Origin: an uncultured Alphaproteobacteria bacterium
GTDB lineage: Bacteria > Pseudomonadota > Alphaproteobacteria > Rhizobiales > Xanthobacteraceae
Length of the DNA: 64,000 nt
NCBI GenBank assembly: GCA_963695615.1
Contig: CAVOHH010000004.1
Location: forward strand, 553,883 to 617,882
Reading direction: 5' to 3'
Below are positions 40,924 through 50,522 of this stretch, in pieces (the first letter of the stretch is position 1; every line of letters begins with the position of its first letter). Below the pieces are notes generated by a model that made no database searches, was not told where the DNA came from, and saw only the letters and a list, made by a program, of their open reading frames with translations. The translations under genes were made by a program, and so were the position numbers.

Positions 40924-41649
40924 ATGCCGCCGCAAGTCGGTGCAGCGGTCGGTGGTGTGACCGTCGTCATTCCGACCTTCAATGAAGCGGAATCGATCGG
41001 ATCCGTGGTGGCCGAATTGCCGCGCGACATCGTCACGCGCATCGTCGTGGTCGATGGCGGCTCGAGCGACGGCACGCCGGAACGCGCGCGCGCCGCGGGC
41101 GCCGAGGTGATCGCGGTCGGCCGCGGCTATGGGCTTGCCTGCCTGACCGGCGCGCAAGCGGCGGACGCAGGCGACATCATCGTCTTCATGGATGGCGACG
41201 GCGCCGACGACCCTTCCGCCATCGCGGCGATGATCGCGCCCATTCGCCGCGGCGACTATGACTTCGTCATCGCCTCGCGCGCGCGCGGCGAGCGCGAGCC
41301 GGGCAGCATGGCGTGGCACCAGATCCTCGCCGGCCTCATCGCCGGCGTTCTGACCAAGCTCCTCTACGGCGTGCGCTACACCGACATGTGCGCGTTTCGC
41401 GCCATCCGCCGCGACACCTTGCTCGGGCTCGGCATGCGCGAACTGACCTATGGCTGGAATCTGGAAATGCAGATGCGGGTGGCGCGCGCCGGGCTGCGGG
41501 TGCTGGAACTGCCTGTCGGCTATCGGCGGCGGCTCGGCGGCGAATCGAAGGTCGCGGGCTCGCTCCGCGGTTCGCTCAAGGCCGGCGCGAAAATCATGTC
41601 GACCTTCGCGCGGGTCGCGACCGAGCCGATGCGCGAGCGCGTCTCGTAA
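40924..41649 (+). CDS. family 2 glycosyltransferase (DPM1/MftF-like, ~241 aa)
   Basis: VTVVIPTFNEAESIG, VVVDGGSSDGT and FMDGDGADD (DxD). The start lies 2 nt after the rSAM stop. Confidence 0.8.
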   Translation: MPPQVGAAVGGVTVVIPTFNEAESIGSVVAELPRDIVTRIVVVDGGSSDGTPERARAAGAEVIAVGRGYGLACLTGAQAADAGDIIVFMDGDGADDPSAIAAMIAPIRRGDYDFVIASRARGEREPGSMAWHQILAGLIAGVLTKLLYGVRYTDMCAFRAIRRDTLLGLGMRELTYGWNLEMQMRVARAGLRVLELPVGYRRRLGGESKVAGSLRGSLKAGAKIMSTFARVATEPMRERVS

Positions 41650-41652
41650 ATT

Positions 41653-43634
41653 CTACATCGCGACCTTGCGCAGGAAGCCGTCGACGCTGTCGCGCAGACT
41701 GTCGGCGGCCTTCTGCACGGCGTTTGCCGCCGTCAGCACCGTATCCGCCGAACTGTGCATGTCGGCGATCGCGGTGGACACTTGTTGCAGAACGCCGACC
41801 ACCGACCGCGTGCCGGTCGCTGCGGCCGCGACATTGTTGGAGATTTCGCTGGTCGCGGCGTTCTGCTGATCGACCGACGTCGCGATCGCCGAGGTGAACA
41901 GCCGGATTTCCTCCATGCGGCTCGTAATGCTGCCGATGGCGCGAACCGCGCTTTGCGTCGAGGATTGCACGGCGGATATCTGCGAGGCGATGACGTCGGT
42001 CGCCTTGGCGGTCTGCACGGCCAGCGCCTTGACTTCGGAGGCGACGACGGCAAAGCCCTTGCCGGCCGTTCCGGCGCGCGCCGCCTCGATCGTGGCGTTG
42101 AGCGCCAAGCAGATTGGTCTGGCCGGCGACGTTTTGAATAAGCTTGACGACGTCGTTGATCTTCTGCGCCGCCTGGGCGAGGTCGCCGATGACCGCGTTG
42201 GTCGTTTGCGCCTCGGCGGTGGCGGCGCCGCACGACGTCGCTGGCGCTGACCAGCTGGCGGTTGATCTCGGCGATCGATTTCGACAATTCGTCGGCCGCG
42301 GCGGCGGCGCTTTCGACGCCGCTGAACGCGTCGTTCGAGGTGCGCACCGCGCCGGTCGTATGCGCGGTGGTTTCGTTCGACGTGGTCGACAGCACGGTCG
42401 CCGTCGACTTCATCGCCGCGACGCTTTCGGTGACGGTCTTGAGCACGCCCTCGACGCTGCCGCGGAACCAGCCGATGGCGTCGTCGACGACGGCGCGGCG
42501 CGCTTCCTGCTCGCTCAACTGCGCGCTCTTTTGCTCCGCCGAGAGGCGTTCGGTGATGTCGTCATGCGTTCCGACCCAATAGGCCCCGTTGGGAATGGCG
42601 CGATTGACGACGGAAATCGAACGGCCGTCCGGCGCCTGGGTGATGAAGCTGACGACTTTGCCGGAAGCCATGCTCGTCCACGAGTTCGGCGCAGTATTGC
42701 TTGGGATCGCGCTGCAAGCTGCCGGTATTGGAAGCGATGATCGACAATATCGACAAGATGGGCGCCGGGTTTGACGACATCGGGCGACAATCCATACATG
42801 CGCAGATAACCCTCGTTGCAGACGACGAGGCGTCCGGACTGCGTCGAACATCACCACGCCCTGCGACATATTGTTGAGCGTGAGCTCGAGCAGGCGGCCT
42901 TTGTCGTCGAGCCGGCGATCGGCGAAGGCGCTGACCAAGCTCATGCCCAATATCGCCACGGCGATGCTGGCAATGGCGAGCGCGAGCGATGTCGGCGACA
43001 GCGACAACTCGGTCAGGGTGCGCGTCGGATCCGGAACGATATCCACGGCCCCCATGGCCGTGAAGTGATGCGACACGATGGCAAGCGTGAGCAGCAGCGC
43101 CGAGAGCCACAGCCCGGAGTTCTGCCTCGCCATTGCACGGCGACGACGAGCGCCGCCATGGCGAGCGCGATGCCCACCACGATGGAGGCGACGACGAGGG
43201 GAAGATCCCACGCCACGTGCCCGGGAAGTTCAAGCGCCGACATGCCGAGATAGTGCATGCAGGCGACGCCGATGCCGATGATGCCGCCACCGACAAGCGC
43301 GCCCCATCGTCCCGGGACGAAAACCGCGGCGGCCATGCCAAGCCCGGTGATGATCGTCGCGGCCAAGAGCGACATCACCGTGAGATCGATGTTATAGGCG
43401 ACCGGCACCGCCGGGTCGTAGGCCAGCATGGCCAGGAAATGCGTCGCCCATATGCCGCAGCCGGCGGCGGCGCCGGTCGGCGGCGATCCAGATCGCCCGG
43501 GCCCAGTTTGCCGTCGACCGCGCCCGGTTGAACAGCGTGATCGCGGTGAGGCTCGACAGGAAGCAGACGACGCCGGCGACCACGACCAGGCGCCAGTCGT
43601 GCTGTGTCGTCAAACAGTTGAAGATCCGAAACAT
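41653..43634 (-). CDS. methyl-accepting chemotaxis protein with N-terminal MHYT membrane sensor and PAS domain; at least 5 apparent frameshifts
   Basis: MHYT repeats ACMHYLGMSA and VSHHFTAMGA (ORFs 43013..43429 and 41733..43211). A PAS-like block reads LELTLNNMSQGVVMFD...YWVGTHDDITE. The MCP signalling domain LALNATIEAARAGTAGKGFAVVASEVKALA is in ORF 41653..42108. Confidence 0.75.
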
Positions 43635-43864
43635 GTCCGACCTGTGCCGCCGAATCTTTCGAGGATCATTCGCCGTTTGTCCGATTGGTAACCAACATCC
43701 ATTTCCGTCTCGTTAATCAACGGAACAAGAGTGTTAATTCGCGATTAGGGAAGTGGGCGAAACACGCTCGTCGGACGCATGCAGCGCTGCCGCGCAGGCG
43801 CAGCCGAGATCGCGGCGCCGCGAGGGCGCGATCGCGACAGCTCGATCGTGCGCTTGGCGCGCGA

Positions 43865-45171
43865 TCAGTCCGTCAGGATCGCCTTGTCGGGGTCGATCCA
43901 GAACGCCCATACCGCGGAGCCCGCGACGAGAAGCGCAGCCGCGACGATGAAGGGCGCCGCCCAATTGCCGCCCTGGGCGAGGTAGCCGAATACGATCGGC
44001 GAGATCGCGCCGCCGAAATTGCCGGCCATGTTCATCATCCCGGACACCGTGCCGGAATATTTGCCGCCGGTATCCATCGGCACCGCCCAGGACGGGCCGA
44101 TGGTGCATTCCAGAAAGAACATCGAGATGGTGAGACAGATGACGGCGGTCATCGGCGTCTTCGGTGAGCGCCGCCGGCGTGATGAATACCGCGCAGCCCA
44201 GCAGGCCCGTGATCGCCACGGTCCGCCGCGCGATCTTGGCGCTGCCAGTTCGCCGCAACAGCCAATCGGTGGCAAGGCCGCCGGCGGTGTCGCCGATCAC
44301 GCCCGCCCATAGCGGCAGCGATGCCAAGAGGCCGCCTTTGAGCAGCGTGAAATGCCGAACGTCGATGAGATATGTCGTCAGCCAGGTGAGGAAAATCCAC
44401 AGGCAATAAACGTAAGTGAAATAGGCGCACATGATCGCCCACATATTGGCCGATCGCAGCAGCTTGCCCCACGGCACCTCCGTCTGCTTCTGGATCTGCG
44501 GCGGATTGATCGCGCCGCTCGCGTCGAGGCCGCGAATGTGTTCGAGCTCCGCGCGATTCACCAGGCTGTGCTCTTCCGGCAGGTTGCGGTAGCTCAAGGC
44601 CCACCACACCGACCACAGCACGCCGATCGCGCCGCAAATCAAGAACGCCCAGCGCCAGCCGAGATTGAGCATGATCAGAAGCACGAACGGCGGCGCGAGT
44701 CGCGGCGCCGGCGCGGCTCGCGCTGTGCGTGATGCCTTGCACGAAGCCGCGCTCGCTGCGCGGATACCAGAGCTGCATCGCGCGCGTGGCGCCCGGAAAG
44801 GCGCCGGCCTCGCCGACGCCGAACAGAAAGCGCACGGCGATGAAGGAGGTGGCGCTGAAGGCAGCGGCGGTGGCGGCGGTCATGATCGACCAATAACCGA
44901 CGACGCTCGCCAATACCCGGCGCGGGCCGAAGCGGTCGCTGAGCCAGCCGCCGGGGACCTGAAACAGCGCATAGGCCCACACGAAGGCGCTGAAAATGTA
45001 GCCCATCGTGATCTTGTCGAAGCCGAATTCCTTGCTGATGAGCGGCGCCGCGGTCGAGATATTGACGCGGTCGAGATAGGTGATCAGGTACATCACGCTG
45101 ATCAGCAGCAGGATGTACCAGCGGCCCTTGCTCGGAGAGGCGATTGCGGGCGCGGCGGGCTTATCGGACAT
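43865..45171 (-). CDS. MFS transporter (anion:cation symporter/ACS-like); at least 2 apparent frameshifts
   Basis: [34 protein letters not shown] and [13 protein letters not shown] (ORF 44149..45171). The middle is in 43734..44684 and the C-terminus in 43865..44275. Confidence 0.8.
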
Positions 45172-45335
45172 TTATTTCACTCCCCAGCGAATATTTTTAC
45201 GCCCCGGCGATGCGTTTTTCGCCGGAATTTGGCCGGCACACTGCCTGTTTATCGCCTGACCGGCAAGCGCGCAGGATGACGCGGCGCTATAGTCGAACCC
45301 GGCATATCGTCAGGGTACTTGCGCAGGGCATTGCA

Positions 45336-45722
45336 ATGATCAAGCGCTACAGCGACCACGCCGCCAATGAACGCACATTTCTCGCCTGGGTCCGCACCGC
45401 GATCGCGGTGATGGCGTTCGGCTTTGTGATCGAGCGATTCGATCTGTTCCTTCAGGTCGCCGTGCCGCAGCTCGCGCAGCGGCAACTCAGCGCGCACGGG
45501 CAAACGTTTGCCAATGTGGCCGGCCTTGCCTTCATCGCCATCGGCGTGGCGATGATCGTGATTGCCGGCTTTCGGTTTGCCAGAACCGCAAAGGACATCG
45601 ATTCCGAGGCGGACGTACCGAGTCCCGGCGAACGCTTCGATGTCGCGCTCGCCGTGCTGATCGGCCTCTTGGGCGTTGCGCTGTTTCTTTATCTGTCGCG
45701 CGCGGTGCTGCCGGCGATCTAG
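45336..45722 (+). CDS. DUF202 (YidH-like) small membrane protein
   Basis: [35 protein letters not shown] followed by two further TM helices. Confidence 0.7.
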   Translation: MIKRYSDHAANERTFLAWVRTAIAVMAFGFVIERFDLFLQVAVPQLAQRQLSAHGQTFANVAGLAFIAIGVAMIVIAGFRFARTAKDIDSEADVPSPGERFDVALAVLIGLLGVALFLYLSRAVLPAI

Positions 45723-46097
45723 GCCGAAGCGTCCTTCGCTGTCTCGAAGCCGGTGAGATTCGAGACTTGACGTCGCAACCGCCAGTTGCTCATAATGAAT
45801 GTCTCACGGCAGAGGGGCCGCGTAGTTTTGGGCGTTCGAAAATCTCGATGTCGTCGGCTGCGCAAACAAAACGGTGGTTTGGCACATCGCCGCGCCTAAG
45901 ACGCTCGGTCGAGCCGCGCGCGGCGGGCGTTGCTGATCCTTCTCTTTCTGCTTGCATCTTTTTGATGCCGCCGACGAGCCGAGGAATTCTTCGCGATTTT
46001 TGCGTGCAAGGGTCGAGGGCAGTTCGGCCTGCGGTCCTGATGGTTCCCCCGATCGTATTTCGGCTCCCGCTACAGCGCTTCGCATGGAGGGAAAGTC

Positions 46098-47543
46098 ATG
46101 GCTGATGCCGTTCCCGCTTGGCTGACAACGATGCGGCAAATCGACGGGACGAATGCGGTCCACGACAATTCGGTCATCGTCGGGTGGGCCAAAAAGATCG
46201 GTGAGTTGTTTCCCGAACTTGCCGCCTACTGCGCCACTTACACCGACGATTCCATCGCCTGGTGCGGGCTCACGGTCGGATACTGCATGGCGATAAACGG
46301 CATAAAGCCGGTGTTTGGCGCGACCGACACCGAGAGGTTCTTTTATGCGCTGGCCTGGAAGCAATTTGGAACGCCTGTCAATTCGCCGCAACCCGGCGAC
46401 GTGTTGGTGTTCTATTTCGGCGGCAGCGATCACCATGTAACGCTTTATGAGCAGACGCAGGGCGACTGCTACGTTTGCCACGGCGGCAATCAGAGCAGCC
46501 AAGTCAAGCTTTCGAATTACGCGATAAGCCAATGCCTCGGCATTTACCGTCCGCCGGCGCCTTCGATCGACGTTCCCGTTGTCATTAGCCCGCCGCTTGC
46601 GGTCAAACTCTACAGCGGCATCACCGCCACCGTTTTCGGCGGCGCCGCGGATTACGAGACCAGCGCTTATGATGGCCACGTCATCACCGATAGCGAACTC
46701 GGTGTTGCATTGCCGTATCATTTCCCGGAGCCGCCGCCGAGCGTTTGCGTGTGGAATTCCGGCAAATCCGTGATCTGCAAGGTCATCGATGTCGGTCCGT
46801 GGAATACCAACGATCCATACTGGCAAACCGGCACGCGGCCGCAAGCCGAGTCGGGTGTCGATAAAACCGGCCGCAAAACCAATCTCGCAGGCATCGATCT
46901 CACTCCCGCCGCGGCGAGCGCAATCGGCATTGCCGGCAAAGGAATTGTCGACTGGGAATTCGTGGGGAGCTTGGAGTCCCAACCGACAACGCCAGTAGCG
47001 ACAACAGCTCCTGCACTTGCCCTGATCCAACAACTGATCGATCAATTGGAGGCGACGATGGCCGGCACCACGACTGTTCCTGCGGCAGCGACGACCATTC
47101 CCGCGACGCCTGCTGCACAGGTCAATTTGGCTTTGCTCATACAACAGGTGTTGGCGCTCGCTGCAAATGCGAAAGGCGCCCAGCCCGGGACAACGACGCC
47201 GGCAGCGCCGTCGCAAGATCAGATTGCGCAGTTCATCAATATCCTCAACGCCGTGGCCGGCAGCCCGACGGGACAACAGGTCCTGGGGCAGGTGAACGGG
47301 GCGCTCGGACAGACAATTGGAAATCTGCTCGATGGCAAGAAGAGCGCCATCGGTATTCTCGGGGCCACGGCGACGGCGGTGCTGCAGGCGGTTGGTCCGA
47401 GCTTAACGACAGCCATTCCGCTCGTCGGCAGTTGGGCGGGACTGGGCAATGCGGCGCTGCCGATCTTTCTTGCGGTTGCGGCCTGGGGCGCAATGGGAAA
47501 AGGCGAGAAGTGGGTGCAATCGCTGCAGAAGCCCACGTCGTAA
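46098..47543 (+). CDS. multidomain murein hydrolase: TIGR02594-like NlpC/P60 domain + RlpA-like DPBB domain + Thr/Pro/Ala linker + C-terminal membrane anchor
   Basis: Intact 481-aa ORF with GGAGGG SD. N-domain: PAWL...DDSIAWCGLTVGYCMA...PGDVLVFYFGGSDHHVTLY...CHGGNQSSQV...LGIYRPP. Second domain: ATVFGGAADYETSAYDG...SVICKVIDVGPWN...GIDLTPAAASAIG. The C-terminus has two hydrophobic helices. Confidence 0.7.
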   Translation: MADAVPAWLTTMRQIDGTNAVHDNSVIVGWAKKIGELFPELAAYCATYTDDSIAWCGLTVGYCMAINGIKPVFGATDTERFFYALAWKQFGTPVNSPQPGDVLVFYFGGSDHHVTLYEQTQGDCYVCHGGNQSSQVKLSNYAISQCLGIYRPPAPSIDVPVVISPPLAVKLYSGITATVFGGAADYETSAYDGHVITDSELGVALPYHFPEPPPSVCVWNSGKSVICKVIDVGPWNTNDPYWQTGTRPQAESGVDKTGRKTNLAGIDLTPAAASAIGIAGKGIVDWEFVGSLESQPTTPVATTAPALALIQQLIDQLEATMAGTTTVPAAATTIPATPAAQVNLALLIQQVLALAANAKGAQPGTTTPAAPSQDQIAQFINILNAVAGSPTGQQVLGQVNGALGQTIGNLLDGKKSAIGILGATATAVLQAVGPSLTTAIPLVGSWAGLGNAALPIFLAVAAWGAMGKGEKWVQSLQKPTS

Positions 47544-47576
47544 GCGGTTCCGCACGGAGCGGCCGCGCGCGGAATG

Positions 47577-48406
47577 TTACATTGCCCGCGGTGCGCGCAC
47601 CGGCGCTTCCGCGGTGACGACCTTGAAGCTCGCCATCGTGCACGGCCCGAACGAAGTGACGATGGCGACGTCGGTGGCGTCGCGGCCGCGCCCCATCAGG
47701 ATGCGTCCGATCCGCGGCGTGTTGTGGCGGGCGTCGAATGTGTACCAGCGGTCGCCGAGATAGACTTCGAACCAGGCGGAAAAATCCATCGGCGCCGGAT
47801 CGGCCGGCACGCCGATGTCGCCGAGATAGCCGGTGCAGTAGCGCGCCGGAATGTTCATGCAGCGGCACAGCGTGATCGCGAGGTGGGCGAAGTCGCGGCA
47901 GACGCCGCGCCGCTCGGCATGGGCGCCCCAGGCGGTTTTGGTCGGGCTGGCGTGCTCGTAGCCGAATTTGATGCGATCATGGACGTAGTCGCAGATCGCT
48001 TGCACCAGCGGCCAGCCTTTCGGAACCTGCCCGAACAAGCGACCACGCCTTGTCCGACAAGCGGTCGGTCTCGCAGTAGCGGCTGCCGAGCAGATAGATC
48101 AGGACATTCACCGGCAAGTCTTCGAGCGCATGCTGCTCCGCCTCCGCAGCGCGTCGCGTCCGGCTCGCCGCTGTCGCGGATCATAAAATCCGCCGACATC
48201 GTCAGCCGGCCGGCCGGCGCGCGGATGACATGGCAGAAATTGCCGAAAATGTCGTGATAGGTATTGGGCACGATCGACGGCTCAAGCCGCATCCGATCGA
48301 GCGTGATCAGATCGTCGATGCGCGACGGGTGCACGCTCAACGTCAGGATCATCGGCGTCGGCTGCGGACAATCGTAGGAGATTTCGTAGCCGGCGCGAAT
48401 TTGCAT
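47577..48406 (-). CDS. transglutaminase-family protein (Bact_transglu_N + transglutaminase core); about 2 apparent frameshifts
   Basis: MQIRAGYEISYDCPQPTPMILTLSVHPSR (ORF 47855..48406). GVCRDFAHLAITLCRCMNIPARYCTGY...DFSAWFEVYLGDRWYTFDARHN (ORF 47577..48038). Confidence 0.8.
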
Positions 48407-48535
48407 GGGACGCTCCGCGGTTCGCTTGAGCGGACGTTGCGGCTCAATTCAGCGGCACGCATTTCTCATGCATTCTCATGATGCATTTATTGGGCCATAC
48501 GACGGCCATGCTGCTCTTTCGATTTGCGGGAAATG

Positions 48536-48611
48536 TGGTGCCCAGGGGCGGAATTGAACCACCGACACCTGCATTTTCAGTGCAGTGCTCTACCAACTGA
48601 GCTACCTGGGC
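48536..48611 (-). tRNA. tRNA-Phe: tRNA-Phe (anticodon GAA), CCA encoded
   Basis: Reverse complement is GCCCAGGTAGCTCAGTTGGTAGAGCACTGCACTGAAAATGCAGGTGTCGGTGGTTCAATTCCGCCCCTGGGCACCA. It forms a cloverleaf with anticodon loop CTGAAAA and T-loop GGTTCAATTCC. Coordinates were cross-checked against ORF 48444..48641. Confidence 0.95.
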
Positions 48612-48727
48612 CCAGAGCATTCGCTCTGTACTCTTGCGCAAATGCCAACCCGTGACAGGGGCTCTCGCGAGAGCGCCGTCTTATAAAGGGTGGGCTCCGG
48701 ACTGTCCAGAATGGCGGTTTATAAGCG

Positions 48728-48949
48728 CTATTGCTGCGTTTCGCCGCCGTCCTCGTCCCGCCGCTCGTCTTCCTCTTCGTCCTCCGTCACCGGCACGGCG
48801 TAGACGCCGGACAGCCAGCGGTGCAGGTCGACATCGGCGCAGCGCTTCGAGCAGAACGGCCGGAACACGGCGTCGACGGGCTTGCCGCAGATCGCGCAGA
48901 GTTTGCGGTTTTTGGTGTCGGGCATTGGCGGCATCATGGGCGGTATCAT
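48728..48949 (-). CDS. yacG: DNA gyrase inhibitor YacG (zinc finger)
   Basis: CAICGKPVDAVFRPFCSKRCADVDLHRWL is a C4 zinc-ribbon pattern. It has an acidic C-terminal tail. The start is one of several Met codons. Confidence 0.8.
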   Translation of the reverse strand: MIPPMMPPMPDTKNRKLCAICGKPVDAVFRPFCSKRCADVDLHRWLSGVYAVPVTEDEEEDERRDEDGGETQQ

Positions 48950-48984
48950 GAGCGGAATATGGCGCGCCGGTGCAGCTGCCAGCG

Positions 48985-49608
48985 TCAGACGGTGTTGAGC
49001 CAGCCGAAATGGATCGGATAACCCTCGCCGCCGAGGAGCGTCAGCGTCTCATAGAGCGGCAGGCCGATGACGCTCGAATAGGAGCCGACCATTTTGACCA
49101 GAAAGCTTCCGGCGATGCCCTGCGCCGCATAGCCGCCGGCCTTGCCGCGCCATTCGCCCGACGCGAGATAGGCCTCGATGTCCTGGTCGGACAGCCGCTT
49201 GAAGCGGACGCGGGTTTCGACATGGCGCTGGCGGAACGTTTCCTTCGGCGTCACCAGGCATACGGCGGTGTGGACGCGGTGATTGCGTCCGGACAACAGC
49301 CGCAAGCACTGCGCCGCTTCGTCGAGCAGTTCCGCCTTCGGCAGGATGCGGCGGCCGACGGCGACCACGGTGTCGGCGGCGAGGATATAGGCGCCTTTGA
49401 GCTCCTCATCGATGCGGATCATGTTGAGGGCGGCCTCGGCCTTGGCGCGGGCGAGGCGCGTCGCGCAGGCGCGCGGCAGCTCGCCGCGTTTCGGCGTCTC
49501 GTCGATATCGGTCGGGCGCAACGCGTCGGGCTCGAGGCCGATCTGATTGACCAGCGACAGCCGGCGCGGCGAGCCGGAGGCAAGCACAAGTTTGGGACGG
49601 CCGATCAT
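48985..49608 (-). CDS. maf: Maf-like nucleoside triphosphate pyrophosphatase
   Basis: [19 protein letters not shown]..., [10 protein letters not shown] and VIGLPLYE. Confidence 0.85.
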   Translation of the reverse strand: MIGRPKLVLASGSPRRLSLVNQIGLEPDALRPTDIDETPKRGELPRACATRLARAKAEAALNMIRIDEELKGAYILAADTVVAVGRRILPKAELLDEAAQCLRLLSGRNHRVHTAVCLVTPKETFRQRHVETRVRFKRLSDQDIEAYLASGEWRGKAGGYAAQGIAGSFLVKMVGSYSSVIGLPLYETLTLLGGEGYPIHFGWLNTV

Positions 49609-49823
49609 TTGAACCGGTAGGTAATCCGGCCTTTGGTGAGATCGTAAGGCGTCATTTCGACGAGCACCTTGTCGCCGGCGAGCACGCGGATGCGGTTCTT
49701 GCGCATGCGTCCTGCGGTGTGGGCGATGATCTCATGCTCGTTCTCGAGCTTGACGCGGAAGGTGGCGTTCGGAAGCAGTTCCGTCACGACACCAGGGAAT
49801 TCCAGGAGTTCTTCTTTCGCCAT
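49605..49823 (-). CDS. infA: translation initiation factor IF-1
   Basis: [72 protein letters not shown]. Confidence 0.95.
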   Translation of the reverse strand: MAKEELLEFPGVVTELLPNATFRVKLENEHEIIAHTAGRMRKNRIRVLAGDKVLVEMTPYDLTKGRITYRFK

Positions 49824-49969
49824 TCGGTATCCGGCAGTGGCGGTCTGGCCAAGACCTTGAGTACAGTGACCTTAAAAAGGCTCGCGGCCGAAATGGGTCG
49901 AAATTTGCGCGGAACCTAGCGGATGGCGGCTCGCTCTACAACAGCGTTGGGACCTCAATTTCTCCGCTC

Positions 49970-50019
49970 ATTCCCGCGCACAGCGGGAATTCGCGCTGGG
50001 TCCCCGCTTTCGCGGGGAC
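49970..50019. repeat. two adjacent GC-rich hairpins (ATTCCCGC-GCACA-GCGGGAAT and GTCCCCGC-TTTC-GCGGGGAC), REP-like / terminator
   Basis: They lie directly downstream of the LMW-PTP stop (50035) and upstream of infA. Confidence 0.55.
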
Positions 50020-50034
50020 GCGCGCAAAGCGATG

Positions 50035-50472
50035 TCACTCGTTGCCGGTTCCGCGGGCAATGAAACGCTGCCTGATTCGCGCCAAGATCTGGTCGCGCAC
50101 GTCGCGATAGGCCTCCAATCGCTGCTCGCGGCTGCCTTCGACGGCGCTCGGATCCGCCGTCGGCCAATATTCGACGTCGATGGCATTGGTGCGCGTGATT
50201 TCGAGCGCGCGGTGATGCGCCTCGGGCGCCAGCGTGACGATGAGATCGAAATTGAGCCCCTCCCATTCTTCGAGCTCTTCGAAGGTGACCGGCTTGTGCC
50301 GCGAAATATCGAGGCCGATCTCGTCCATGACGGCGACGGCGAACGGGTCGAGCTCGCCTTTGCGCACGCCGGCCGAGCCGACATAGATCGCGCGCCCGAA
50401 TATTTGGTTGAACAGAGCAGCCGCCATCGGCGAACGCACGGAATTCAGTCCGCAGGCGAATAGCACCGCCAA
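50035..50472 (-). CDS. low-molecular-weight protein-tyrosine-phosphatase / ArsC-like family protein
   Basis: LFACGLNSVRSP is a CX5R(S) P-loop. The C-terminal region contains a DP motif. Confidence 0.8.
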   Translation of the reverse strand: MAVLFACGLNSVRSPMAAALFNQIFGRAIYVGSAGVRKGELDPFAVAVMDEIGLDISRHKPVTFEELEEWEGLNFDLIVTLAPEAHHRALEITRTNAIDVEYWPTADPSAVEGSREQRLEAYRDVRDQILARIRQRFIARGTGNE

Positions 50473-50522
50473 TGGACGGGTGGAGGGGCGGCTCTCTGTG
50501 GCATGGACGATTTCGGGCCCGC

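Noticed and set aside
45767-46105. 112-aa ORF upstream of the hydrolase gene.
   Set aside because: It has no SD and no recognisable motifs, its composition is typical of a spurious frame, and it overlaps the hydrolase ribosome-binding site.
45723-48535. Genomic island integrated at tRNA-Phe.
   Set aside because: There is no integrase, no transposase, and no direct repeat of the tRNA 3' end (TGGTGCCCAGGGGCGGAATTGAACC or part of it) at the distal border. The transglutaminase gene next to the tRNA has normal high GC. Only the GC dip around the hydrolase remains, and that is reported separately.
48444-48641. 65-aa ORF on the minus strand.
   Set aside because: It is simply the translation of the tRNA-Phe gene and its flanks (…WAQVAQLVEHCTENAGVGGSIPPLG…).
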